Both the position numbers and the translations under genes were made by a program. A DNA stretch of 64,000 nt. Source: Eledone cirrhosa. Its lineage: Eukaryota. The notes beneath the pieces are model-generated. The model saw nothing but the letters and a program-made list of their open reading frames with translations, did not search any database and had not been told where the DNA came from. Position 1 is the first letter of the stretch. Each line of letters opens with the position of its first letter. Below, piece by piece: positions 40,242-53,077 of the stretch. The stretch spans positions 20,088,001 to 20,152,000 of the forward strand of contig OZ024761.1 in assembly GCA_964016885.1 (NCBI GenBank), in the 5' to 3' direction.

Positions 40242-40838
40242 CAAACCAGCCCACTTCTAGGAGGAAAGTTGGTTGTTAAATAAACTATTCTGTTATTTAT
40301 TACAAGTGACACAGTTGCTAGAAGTGAACAAACAAGGCAACTAGCTCTAACTCCACCAGAGAGAATAATGGTACGACCAGTCATTGACAGAGTGATTGTA
40401 ACACACCAACAGATAGACAGACCGGCTGACACCAGATGGAATAATAGAATGGTCACAAACATTCACAGAGTGATTGCAACACCAACTGACTGACAGACAG
40501 ACAGACAGACCGTGAGACCGACAGACAGGCAGACAACTAAGAAGGAGGATTATTCAACATTGATCTGGAGTAAGCTTGGGTAATATTATTGTTATATGGT
40601 ATAACAAATATACTGAAACAAAAGACTGGATGATGGGGGGAAATAGTAATAGAAAAGTTGGTTGGTGTTGATGGCAAGGAAAATTATATATTTCATATTT
40701 ATACACACACATTATATATACATATATATATACATACACATATATATACACACACATATATATGAGGATATTTAAGGAGAGAGAGAGAGAGAAAGTGAGT
40801 CAAAGAAACTGAAAAACCTAAAATATACAGGAGATAGT

Positions 40839-40951
<113 letters not shown>

Positions 40952-40997
40952 AAAGACTGAACAAGATAAAATTATATAGGCAGAGATATATACACAT

Positions 40998-41033
<36 letters not shown>

Positions 41034-41289
41034 TATATATATACACATTGAAACGTATGTAGAATAAAATTATATTGTAAGTCTAACTTGGTTATTCTCT
41101 CTCAATATATATGTGTGTGTGTGTGTGTATGGATAACAGCTTATCTGAAGAAGTAAAAAGCAGACACTATGCTCACCAGAATAGGTACAGCAGTGACACA
41201 CAGACAGACAACAACTTGGAATCTCTGGTATATCGGCTGCCTTTCTATTAGCAAGCTGTAGTAATTTTCATTCATACATTTTGAGACAT

Positions 41290-41858
41290 CTCACTATATA
41301 CCGGGGGTAGAAATGGTGCTATCTCACACACCCTGTTATATTTCTCACTATATACCAGGGGTAGAAATGGTGCTAATATCTCACACACCCTGTTATATTT
41401 CTCCTATATACCAGGGGTAGAAATGGTGCTAATATCTCACACACCCTGTAATATTTCTCACTATATACGAGGGGTAGAAATGGTGCTAATATCTCACACA
41501 CCCTGTTATATTTCTCACTATATACCAGGGGTAGAAATGGTGCTAATATCTCACACACCCTGTAATATTTCTCACTATATACCAGGGGTAGAAATGGTGC
41601 TAATATCTCACACACCGTTATATTTCTCACTATATACCAGGGGTAGAAATGGTGCTAATATCTCACACACCCTGTAATATTTCTCACTATATACCAGGGG
41701 TAGAAATGGTGCTAATATCTCACACACCCTGTAATATTTCTCACTATATACCAGGGGTAGAAATGGTGCTAATATCTCACACACCCTGTTATATTTCTCA
41801 CTATATACCAGGGGTAGAAATGGTGCTAATATCTCACACACCCTGTAATATTTCTCAC
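41290..41858 (+). repeat. 57-bp minisatellite (~10 copies)
   Basis: Unit TCTCACTATATACCAGGGGTAGAAATGGTGCTAATATCTCACACACCCTGTWATATT. Confidence 0.97.
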
Positions 41859-42047
41859 CTCTCCTCTATTACGTTATATGTATCTGACCATCACATAATA
41901 GAATAAAATAATAAATTTGATAATTAATAATTAATTGATCACCTCCAACCCCTTTTTTTCACCTTTCCTCACAAAATATATAGTGTTACAAGGGACCTAT
42001 CTCATTGGAAGAAATAATGCAATCTCTCTCTCTATATATATATATAT

Positions 42048-42390
42048 AGTGAGAAGAAGAATGTCAAGGAAAACTGAGAATTCATTTATGACAGTCCTCT
42101 GTTAGTATATATGTGTGTATGTGTATGGAGATAGAAAGATAGGCAGACGGTCTTTCTTCTCTAAAGACCTGCTGCTGTCCAGCTCTCTTGAGAGTTTCTT
42201 ACCACTATATAGTGGTTTCTTACCACTATATAGTGGTAAGAAACTCTCAAGAGAGCTGGACAGCAGCAGGTCTTTAGAGAAGAAAGACCGTCTGCCTATC
42301 TTTCTATCTCCATACACATACACACATATATACTAACAGAGGACTGTCATAAATGAATTCTCAGTTTTCCTTGACATTCTTCTTCTCACT
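42048..42390. repeat. Perfect long inverted repeat (169-bp arms, 5-nt spacer)
   Basis: 42048-42216 is the reverse complement of 42222-42390; the ORF track shows identical ORFs on both strands here. Confidence 0.97.
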
Positions 42391-43309
42391 CCAGCCGCCA
42401 TCGCTTTATTTCATTTTACATTCATTTAAAACAATTACAATAATTTTCTTCGACATTTTCTTTTACCATTGTCAAATATATATCCACTAAATTATGACTT
42501 CATTCTATCTACATATATATCTATCTGTCAGTCTTCAGACTGCTATTGGGATTTGAGCTTTGGTGTTGTTATTGTCTGAAGATAGATACTTTGGTAAATA
42601 TACATAGATAACTATAGATTGACAGACTTATATAGACAGTTAGGTATATATATATATATAACAGGGGTAGATAGCCAAAAATATGGGGTGTGGAATCAGC
42701 TGATTATATCAATATCAGTAGTTGACTGGTACTATATTTTATTTTACCTTAGAAAGATGAAAACCAAAGCAGCTTTGGCAAGATGTAATAGAATGAATGC
42801 TAAGAGTCAAAGCAATAAAACCACAATGGCATGTTGTAGAAAACTCAAATGGAATCAACCAATGTTATTTTTCTCATTTATGTAGGTTTAGCCCATGAGA
42901 TGTCATCTCCTGGGAGGTTTCTTGGGTGTTTTAATGAAAGGGGCCTCAGTCCTATCATATTCAGCCAAACTCTAACCCTTTTGAAAAAATTATAAATGAT
43001 GATGGTGTTGATGATGATGGTGTTGACAATATAACTTAGTAAAAGTTCTTACATGAAATTATGATGGAAGATTTTTAGATAAATATAAACACTAAGATAT
43101 ACATCTTTGTATCACAGAACCAGTGTGTGTGTGTGTGTGTGGGGGGGGGGGGGTTCAGGTGGTTTAGTATCAAAGAGATTAACAATAATATGTATAAACC
43201 TTATGAATTATCAAAGTGTTGGAAGTGTTAAGAATTTGTAAACCTGAGAGTTCCAAATGTAAAAAATAACTGTAATAATAGACAATGACTATAAATAAAA
43301 TGTAAATTA

Positions 43310-43604
43310 CACTGGTCAACAAAATTTTGCTTTTTTTCTGCTGACCTAAGTTTGAGACCTGTTCTTGGGTAATTTGGGGCCCCTGAGTTTAAAAATGACA
43401 ATATTTGTTTTATATCAGGTCAAGTTTTCACTTGGCCACCAAGGAGGGTATACAAAATATCCGTGTTTCCTGACTTTATGGGATAGCCGAGCTAAAGACA
43501 AACATGAAAATCTGATGTGTTAGGGGGAATTGGAGGCCATATTTGAAATCAATATTAGCTAAAAACAACAAAACCTAAGTCAGCAGAAAGTGTGTTGACT
43601 AGTG
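43310..43604. mobile_element. Chapaev3-like (CMC superfamily) non-autonomous DNA transposon, 295 bp
   Basis: TTA|CACTGGTCAACA...TGTTGACTAGTG|TTA with a 3-bp TTA TSD, plus a subterminal inverted match TTCTGCTGACCTAAGTTTTG / CAAAACCTAAGTCAGCAGAA. Confidence 0.75.
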
Positions 43605-44293
43605 TTATCCTTAGAGATGGACAAAAGTGGACAGGGGTGTTTATAGTGACTGTTATTACAGTTATTTGGGACTCTCACATTTTCAAATAATATTTATCAT
43701 GATTCCTTACATTTATTTACACAAAGCCACACATTTTGGAAGGGAATCAAATGAAGGAACTTCAGTACATGGTATTGTTTTATGTCTATCAAAGGGACCC
43801 AAACAAATCCCATCCACCCTGTTGTAATTTAAATGTAGAACATAACCAGAGGAAATGAAATACTGCCTCGTATAGTCTTATGTTCAGCCATTTTTACTGT
43901 AGATGTGAGGAGGGCTAATGTCAATTGGATTGAGCCCAGTATATCACTTAATCCTTTTGATATCAACATGTCTGAAACTGCCCCTCATTCTAGGAAACAA
44001 AACCAACCATTTTAAAGGGTTCATATTTAAATTGAAATCTAACATAATTTTGTATGAGAACCATATGTTAAGTTGCTATCTTTGTAATGAAATAATTTAT
44101 AATTAATAATTTCAGTAAATCCCTCAAAATTCTTCATTAATTAATTGAAATACAGTGTATTTCATGAGAAATATGGCCTCAAGCTATGTTCCAAACACCA
44201 GCTTAATAATGAGAAAGTTATTTTACTAAATTAGTTGAAATATTTATTTCAAAACTAACTGAAACACATTAGCAGTGTCTTTCATTAGAAATA

Positions 44294-44790
44294 CTAGCAC
44301 AAAAACCACCGTACGGGTGGTTTTCTGCTAGCATGTGTAGTGTGTATATCGATATTATACACAAATATATATACATGTAGATATGATACATCAAATAAAA
44401 TCGTAATTGACAATATACACAGAAATTGAACAAAGCCTATGTTACACTGTCTTCTGTAATCAGTAATCCATGAAATATTAAAAAAAAGACGACATTATAT
44501 ATAAACTGCATTAGGAGAAAATTAGCGATGGAAATATATGCGATTATAAGTGTTATAATATAACGGCTGCTAACAGGAAGTGTTGACATTTGATAATTTT
44601 AAAGAATTGAATTTTAAAGATCTCTAAATTAGCTATAAAATATATTTAATCAACAGCCACAAAATTTAGCACATAAATTATGTAATATTCATTCATTATT
44701 TATTCAAAGTAATCTAACTTATTTTACAAACGGGGTAAAAAAATATATTCTGGATGCAATCCCGCAGACCTTCCTTTATTATAGTTAAGA
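44294..44790 (-). mobile_element. Non-autonomous Helitron, 497 bp
   Basis: Minus strand 5'-TCTTAACTATAATAAAGG..., subterminal hairpin AAAACCACC-CGTAC-GGTGGTTTT, ...CTAG-3'. It is inserted at A|T with no TSD and splits the host MITE ...CATTAGAAATA|TGGAAATGAAAGGGTTAA. Confidence 0.82.
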
Positions 44791-44856
44791 TGGAAATGAA
44801 AGGGTTAATGACATAGACAGTGTCTTTCATTCGAAATATGGTAATGAAAGGGTTAA
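44791..44856 (-). repeat. Inverted tandem copy of the 48-bp MITE-end unit
   Basis: GAAAGGGTTAATGACATAGACAGTGTCTTTCATTCGAAATATGGTAATGAAAGGGTTAA is the reverse complement of the satellite unit plus its junction (one mismatch). Confidence 0.9.
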
Positions 44857-45534
44857 TAATAGTTTCTAATTTAGGGACAAAGTTAGCAATTTAAAGGGCA
44901 AGGAAAATTCAGTTTCAGGTAATTTCATATCAAAAGACTTCATAATGGGGGCCAGTGTTGCTATACCTCACACCTATATCAGTTTAACTGACCACCTCTG
45001 AAGATGAATTTCATAGGAGGTTTCTTGGGTGTTTTAATGATAGGGGCCACAATTGTATCATGAAAAGACTCATTTTTGGACAAGGTAGCTGTCCCTAGCC
45101 GGAGTTAACCTACAGCTGCTGTTGGTACTTAATTATTCCAGCCAAGTGGACTGGGGCCACATGAAATGAAGTATATTGATCAAGAACACAAAACACTGCC
45201 TGGTCCAGGAACTGAAACTACAACCTGACATTTTTAGCCATTATAACTATCTGCAGTATTAACTCTGCCAGCACAACAACAACATTAGTTCAAACCAACT
45301 AAACAGTTAACACACCACTCCACACTGCTCTCACTACTCCACCACACACCTCCATTAATAGTCATTACCAATACACTACTATAACACTACCAAAAATAAA
45401 TTCCAGTTTGCTGTGATACACACACACAATATATATATATATACACACCCAGACACAAATATACATACATAGAGGTATATAAAATATAAAAACAACACAA
45501 CAAACCAACTGAAGGCCAAACATTCCACTATCGA

Positions 45535-45964
45535 GTAGCTACCTGTACACATGTTGAATTCGTGAACCTCGTTAACAATAGCTACCTGTACACATGTTGA
45601 ATTAGGGAACCTCGTTAACAATAGCTACCTGTACACATGTTGAATTAGGGAACCTCGTTAACAGTAGCTACCTGTACACATGTTGAATTCGTGAACCTCG
45701 TTAACAATAGCTACCTGTACACATGTTCAATTAGTGAACCTCGTTAACAGTAGCTACCTGTACACATGTTGAATTCGTGAACCTCGTTAACAATAGCTAC
45801 CTGTACACATGTTGAATTCGTGAACCTCGTTAACAATAGCTACCTGTACACATGTTGAATTAGTGAACCTCGTTAACAGTAGCTACCTGTACACATGTTG
45901 GAAATAGTGAACCTCGTTAACAATAGCTACCTGTACACATGTTGAATTAGTGAACCTCGTTAAC
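45535..45964 (+). repeat. 43-bp minisatellite (~10 copies)
   Basis: Unit TAGCTACCTGTACACATGTTGAATTCGTGAACCTCGTTAACAA; ACCTGT recurs at 45541, 45584 and 45627. Confidence 0.97.
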
Positions 45965-46111
45965 CTAACCAGGCTGTTATATTTTCCAGAATTGTTTGAC
46001 CCTATTTGGAGGGGGGGGGGTGTAACATTAAAGACTGAAGTGTGATAAATAAATAAATGAAACAGTTGCCAAACAAAAATAGTTTCTACAAAAAAGATGA
46101 AGAGATAAATA

Positions 46112-46535
46112 ATATATAGACAGAAATAGATAGCAATAGATAGATAGTGGTGGACAGATAGATAGCTATAGATATATAGACAGAAATAGATAGCAATAGA
46201 TAGATAGTGGTGGACAGATAGATAGCTATAGATATATAGACAGAAATAGATAGCAATAGATAGATAGTGGTGGACAGATAGATAGCTATAGATATATAGA
46301 CAGAAATAGATAGCAATAGATAGATAGTGGTGGACAGATAGATAGCTATAGATATATAGACAGAAATAGATAGCAATAGATAGATAGTGGTGGACAGATA
46401 GATAGCTATAGATATATAGACAGAAATAGATAGCAATAGATAGATAGCTATAGATATATAGACAGAAATAGATAGCTATAGATAAATAGACAGAAATAGA
46501 TAGCTATAGATATATAGACAGAAATAGATAGCTAG
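46112..46535 (+). repeat. 60-bp GATA-derived minisatellite (~5.5 perfect copies plus shorter derivatives)
   Basis: Identical 60-nt sequence lines from 46141 to 46440. Confidence 0.96.
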
Positions 46536-46701
46536 TGATATATAGATAGATAGACATATTGAATGAGAGAGTTGCTCAGTAAAGTTGGAGTGGAAGTAGA
46601 AAGCCAGAGTTTGGTTGAGTAGAAACAAAGAGATAGCCAGGGTGAATGAGTGTGTGAGAGAGAGAGAGAGAGAGATTTAGTAATAGTGATTATATATATA
46701 T

Positions 46702-47028
46702 TCATTTTCATTCCGCTTTTTCCCTGCTTGCAAGGGTGGGACGGGAACTGATTCTGGCTTGATTTCTACAGCTGGATGCCCTTCATAACACCAACCTCAT
46801 TTACAGTGAGTGATGGGTGCTTTTTTGCCGTGGCACCTCCACGACCACTTTGCAGTGGAATGATTTGGACCCCAGTCCCTATCATCTCATTTCTACAGCT
46901 GAGTAAACTGGAGCAATGTGAAATATAGTGTCTTGCTCAAGGAAACAACACCTCACCCGGTCTGAGAATTGAACTCACAACCTTTCGATTGCAAGGCCAA
47001 TGCTCTAACCACTAAACCATGTGCCTCC
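46702..47028 (-). mobile_element. Full-length SINE family A
   Basis: Reverse complement of 30324-30663, with TA repeats on both sides. Confidence 0.88.
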
Positions 47029-47029
47029 A

Positions 47030-47125
<96 letters not shown>

Positions 47126-47133
47126 TAACAGTG

Positions 47134-47166
<33 letters not shown>

Positions 47167-47606
47167 TTTAGTAACAGTAATATCATTTCATGGTTGTATT
47201 TTCCTAGCTAGGCATGAGTGAGAGAGAGAGAGAGCGAGAGAAGATAGAAAACAATTTGTGTTGGACTAGTTGTAGTGGCACACACACTACACTACAATTT
47301 GTCAGCTTCTCAGTAGTAGTAGTAGTAGTAGTAGTAGTGGCAGTAGTAGCAGCAGCAGTAATACCCCACCTTATAACAACAATAACCACCAAGTCACCAA
47401 CCATGTTGTGTGTGAGCTAGAGAGAGAGAGAGTAGTTTAGTTGAAAACTAGCATTGAAATTGCAGCCCAACCAACCCAAGCAACACAGCAGCAGTAGTAG
47501 TAGCAGTAGTGGTAGCAGCAGCAGCAGTAGCAGTAGTAGTAATAGTAATAGTAGTAGTAGTGGTAGCAGCAGTAGTAATAGTAGTAGTGGTAGTAGTAGT
47601 AGCAGC

Positions 47607-47641
<35 letters not shown>

Positions 47642-47857
47642 CAGCAGCAGCTGCCACTGCAGTTTCCTGACTACCTACAGCTACATTTTCAATGTACCCA
47701 GATTCAACATCACTATGCAGTTGACACACATAACAAACACCCCGTTCTTCCTCGCTCCCTCTCCACTGCCAAAGCCGGGTCTCCTACAACCATCAAATAG
47801 CCGACTATGTCATTCGTTTAGTCTTTAGATGCACCTTTAGAAAATAGCAATTGTTAG

Positions 47858-48296
47858 TTAACCCTTTCCTTACCGTATTTCTAATGAAAGACGCTGCTCG
47901 TGATTTTTAAATCAAGCAGGGAATTTGGAGGGATTTAGTAATGTAAGCAACTCCCTCCTTATTAAACTGGTCTTTGGAATATAGCTTGACCCCTTCATTT
48001 ACTAATATAACCAACACTCTCCTTTTTAAACTGGTGTTTGGAGTATAGTCTGACTTGACCCTTTCGTTTGCATATTTTTAATGAAAGACACTGCCTATAA
48101 TTTTGAAAATAATAATGAAGGAATTTTGAAGGATGTAGTCATATCTTCATTATCAATCTGGTGTTTGGAACATAAAGGTTTTTACATAAAATTATGATGG
48201 AAGATCTTTAGATAAATATAAACATTTTAAAGCAGACTGTTTTGTGTCACAAGGCAACGGGGTGAGGTTTCAGGAGGTTTTGGTATGTAAAGTGTT
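47858..48296 (+). mobile_element. TTAA MITE copies in tandem
   Basis: TTAACCCTTTCCTTACCGTATTTCTAATGAAAGACGCTG..., with a second left end at ~48055 followed by a full body. Confidence 0.65.
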
Positions 48297-49013
48297 GAGG
48301 TAAACTGAGAGAGAGAGAAAGACACAATTGGTACATAATTATATTGCCATGTTCCTTTATTTTCTTACATTTATTTTTCATTACAATTTATTCCATATCA
48401 GTATGGTTGGGTGAATCTGAAAATTGCTGATGTGTTTCGATTTTAGAAAGAACCCCCCCCCACACACACACACACCTAAAAAAAATTGGAGAATCCATTG
48501 CTGTTGTTTGGCTGTATTAGAAGGATGTTTTCTCCAAAGACTAAGAGACACCTGAGAGAACTGTTTTAAGTTGAAATACAAATGTTGATTCATACCTACA
48601 GACGATCATTTAATCTTTTTGGTTCCAGACTGGTCCAAACTGGGTCCACTCATTTTTTAAGGGTTCCTATTTAAATTAAAATCTTCCAACATAATTTTAT
48701 ATCAGAACCATATATATATATATGTATGTATATATAAATTTAATTACTACTATCTTAGTAACAAAATAATTAATAAATAATTTTATGATATATTTAATGT
48801 TATATAAGAACCATTTATAAATTTAGTAAATTGTTAATTAATTAATTGAAATAGAGTAAAATATGGTGAGGAAAGGCTTATAAATATACAAAATGTTCTC
48901 TAAGTGTTCAATAATTGTTGTTGATGTTGTTGTTGGGTTTCATTGTTTCTGATGAGTGCTCCAGTTCATTTAATCAACAAACCATTGCTTACAAAATACT
49001 ACCTTAATATACT

Positions 49014-49247
49014 TTAACCCTTTAGTTACCAATCCAGCCAAAACTGGTTCTGGTTCAATGAAATAAAACCACCCATTTTAAAGGTTTCCAATTTAAATTA
49101 AACGCTTCCAATATAATTTTATATAAGAACCTTAAATTTATCTTAGTAATGAAATAAATTGATAATTTTAGTAAATCCCTCAAAATTCTTCAGTAATTAA
49201 TTGAAATAAAGTGTATTTCATTATAAATTCGACCATGAAAAGGTTAA
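49014..49247 (-). mobile_element. Complete monomeric TTAA MITE, reverse orientation
   Basis: TTAA-CCCTTTAGTTACC...CATGAAAAGG-TTAA; reverse complement of the 23794-24011 type. Confidence 0.75.
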
Positions 49248-49844
49248 AATCAAGGCCAACAATTTATGGGGAGGGGAAAGTTGATTATACTAACCCCAGT
49301 ACTTGACTGGTACTTTATTTTATTTACCTCAAAAGGAAGAAAGGCAAAGAGATATAGAGGAAGAATCAACCCCAGCATTATATTTTGTACACTTTGGTTT
49401 ATAAAATAGTTATCACCTGATAGAAAGGATTGAAAATAAGGGGTGGGTGTTAATATCTTAGCGATGAGATTAGAGTTTCCTAGTAACCTTCACACTGAGT
49501 ACATGTGTGTGTATATGTGTATGTGCATGTATATGTGTTTGTGTGTACATGAATGTGTGTGTGTGAAAGGACAAGAAGATTCTAGAATATTCAGTTTCTA
49601 GCTACATTGAAAATGGGATCTAAGTGGGATTATAGTCTTCAACAAGAGAGTTCGGAGTAAAGAAAATATTTAACAAAATATAATTCTATGTTACAAAGAG
49701 AAATATTTCATACTTAGCTATAGTGGCAAGGAGCTTATCTGAAGGATACAACATAGTTATGGTTAACTCTTCACATCCTGTACCACATGAAACCACATTA
49801 GTAAGACATTCTTGAAAAGTACAAAACAGCGCTATGGCTGCAAT

Positions 49845-50176
49845 GGGTAAAGACCTCCTTCAGTGATGAATGACCATGGGATTTGCACCTAGAAAGTTTC
49901 CCTCCAAAGCACAAGTCTGGACAATGTTGTTTATGGAAGACCAGCAATCACCCATGCATTCCAGTCTTTCCTCTCCACACCACCAATGTTGTCCAAGGTA
50001 AAGGCAAAGGCTGATACAGCTTGGCACCAGTGATGTCACAACTAATTTCTACAGCTGAGTGAACTAGAGCAACGTGAAATAAAGTGTCTTGCTCAAGAAC
50101 ACAATGCAAAGCCCAGTCCGAGAATCGAACTCACAACCTCATGTTTGTAAGCCCAACTCTGTAACCACTAAGCCAT
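49845..50176 (-). mobile_element. tRNA-derived SINE family C
   Basis: A box, B box (GAGTTCGATTC) and CORE-like block on the minus strand; its 3' half differs from family A and is shared with 11770-12020. Confidence 0.8.
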
Positions 50177-51418
50177 ATATATATATTACTAAACCTCTCA
50201 AAAGTCCTGATTATCTTGAACATTAAATGAAACACACAGGTAAGTGATTTTCATTAGAAATATGGTCACAAAGGGTCAGTCACTATTGTACCCCTACAAC
50301 TGCATCAGGAGTTTGGGGAGAAGAGAGGGGGATGTCAACACACACACACACATTTCATTTCCACAGAGTAAGAGTAAAGAGTAAACAGCAAGATAGCTTC
50401 AGTTATCCATCCAACGATCTGGAGAGGGGGTCATGGTGAGGGTGGTGCCTCTCTGGCAAGCAAGCATGAGTTATGTTTAGGTTATAACCATAGATATAAA
50501 TTAATGAAGGTTGAACGTGAAATAATGAGCTATGGTGGTAGCAGCTGCAGAGAGTGTTTACTTTGTAGTTGCTAACAAACGCAGAAGGAATCAATCCTCT
50601 CCATTAAAAACATTCAAAGAGGAAGAGGAGGAGAAGAACAACGAGTCGCGTGTGTGTTTCAAAGGGACAGCCTTGTCATGGTGTCACACAGAACGTCTGC
50701 GGAAGGATTACGCTAGGGGTACAAATGTCAGTGGAATACTAAGACCCACATCACCACTCATAAATACAAAATATAATTCAATGAGTTGGAAATTTCATTG
50801 ATTGAACAACGCCAACAACCATTGTAGCTAGATTCATGTGTATGTGTGAGAGCGTGTGTGTATAATATATATATACACACACACACACACATATATATAT
50901 ATACATATATACACACCCAAGAATACAGACAGACAAACACAAAATGTATGTTCAGTTTGAAATTTTCAAATCTATCTTGTGAATCAAAATGTGTATATTT
51001 GTGTGTGTGTGTGTGTATATATATATACATATACACACACAAGGTCCCCCGCCAAAAAAATGTATACACACTTCAACAGCATTCTAACAAGTGTTTATAT
51101 ATTATGGGAGGACACACTGTGTTTACGGCAAAAGCTTCTAATTCTACTAAATTTCAAAACAAACTTTTATATATATAAATTATTTATGTTCATACATGGA
51201 ACAAAAGCGCTACCTAAGGTTTCAAGGCCTTATCTCCAGATTGAAAGAGGGATCAACTTCGTGTGTGAACAATGGTACCTCTGTCCATTTCTTTCCATAT
51301 CCAAAGGTACTTTACCTGAGTTTTATTTCCAACTATTATTTATAGCAATCAACTATTATCATTAGTCATTTGGTTTGAGAAACACTTATTTCAAAAATTT
51401 CCCTCTCTGTACACACAT

Positions 51419-51507
<89 letters not shown>

Positions 51508-51508
<1 letters not shown>

Positions 51509-52147
51509 CCTGCATGCTCCGATGGATGTGTAACAGTAATATACGTGAACGACAAAGCATAAATGAATTGAGAGAGAGACTGAGCATAAGAGGAATCAAA
51601 TGCTGCGTGCAGGAGAGGCGGTTACGCTGGTATGGACATGTGATGCGTATGAAGGATGACAGCTGCATAAAAAGGTGCAGAGCACTAGAAGTTGATGGAA
51701 ACCGCGGAGTGGGGAGACCCAAGATGACTTGGGATGAGGTGATAAAAGCCGACCTTACCCAACTACACCTCTCAAAGTCAATGACACACGACCGTGACTT
51801 CTGGCGTCACGCAGTAATACAGGGTACCCGACCTCCCATGGGTACATGCTGAAGTATATAAACAATATGCCCCCCCCCCCCCCCCACCGCAAGGTGGTCG
51901 TGGAGGTGCCACGGCAAAAAAGCACCCAGCCCACACTGTAAAGTGGACGTGTAGGCGCCACGAAAAAGCACCCAGCACTCACTGTAAATGAGGTTGGTGT
52001 TAGGAAGGGCATCCAGCTGTAGAAATCAAGCCAGATCAGTTCCTGTATGAGCAAGGCATGGTCAGCCGACCAGACACTGCCCACAACAGGACAACCCGTC
52101 TAACCCATGCTAGCGTGGAAGAACGGACGTAAAACGGTGATGATGAT
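51508..52147 (+). mobile_element. 5'-truncated RTE fragment inserted in (TA)n
   Basis: ACMLRWMCNSNIRERQSINELRERLSIRGIKCCVQERRLRWYGHVMRM...GRPKMTW followed by 3'UTR and (GAT)n tail. Confidence 0.92.
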
Positions 52148-53034
52148 ATATATATATATATATACTGGCAAGATGTTAACCTCCATCATCACACTACTCC
52201 CATTAATGTAAACCAGTTTGAAAAAACCCCACTAAACACTGAATCCTAAATCTCAAAACCCTTGCTTCTTTGAACACAGTTGATTCAACGCATTGGATAA
52301 GAAGTTTGCAAACTGTGTTGTGACTATTCAGTGTGTTGTTGGTGGTCTCTAGGTGTGTTGTGAAATTAAATCAAACCTGATTCAATTTTTTAATGAAAAT
52401 TTGGTTGAGAAATATATTTGAAATCTGACAACTCTTTATACAATAAGACATGTGACTGGTGACATGTGACAGGCTACTTAAACATTTATTTATTTATTCC
52501 ATAAATCCTGTGTTGCTAACAAAACAATGTGCCATGATAGCACATTTAGTTTTTATAAAGGATCACCAGTGTAAAAATTGGAAAGCTTTCAATCATATCT
52601 TAAATACTTTTCTTACCATATTTCTAATGAAAGACACTGCCTATGATTTTCAAGTAATTGTTCTTACATAAAATTATTATGGAAGGAACACTTTAATCCT
52701 TTTGTTGTCACATGCAGCTATATAGTTATATATAGCTATATAACTATGAAGCTATGTAGGTATATTAGCTATGTGGCTATATACCTATCTAGTTATGAAA
52801 CTATATAGCTACATACTTATATAGCTATGAAACTATATAGCTACATACTTATATAGCTATGAAACTATATAGCTATTTAGCTACAAAGCTATATAGCTAT
52901 ATAGATATGTAGCAGTGTCACTATATAGTTTTATTTAGCTGTACAGCTACTACTGCGTAGTCTAAAGATAGCCAAACTAATTAGCAGAGTCTTTCATGTT
53001 TAAAATTGAGTGTCAAACATAGCACTTTTGGTAT

Positions 53035-53077
<43 letters not shown>

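Noticed and set aside
42333-42401. Minus-strand ATGGCGGCT start or YY1-like motif next to the palindrome
   Set aside because: The frame closes after 22 codons and there is no other promoter evidence.
47448-47828. Poly-Ser/Thr/Ala ORFs, and similar [12 protein letters not shown] ORFs throughout
   Set aside because: Translations of tri- and dinucleotide microsatellites.
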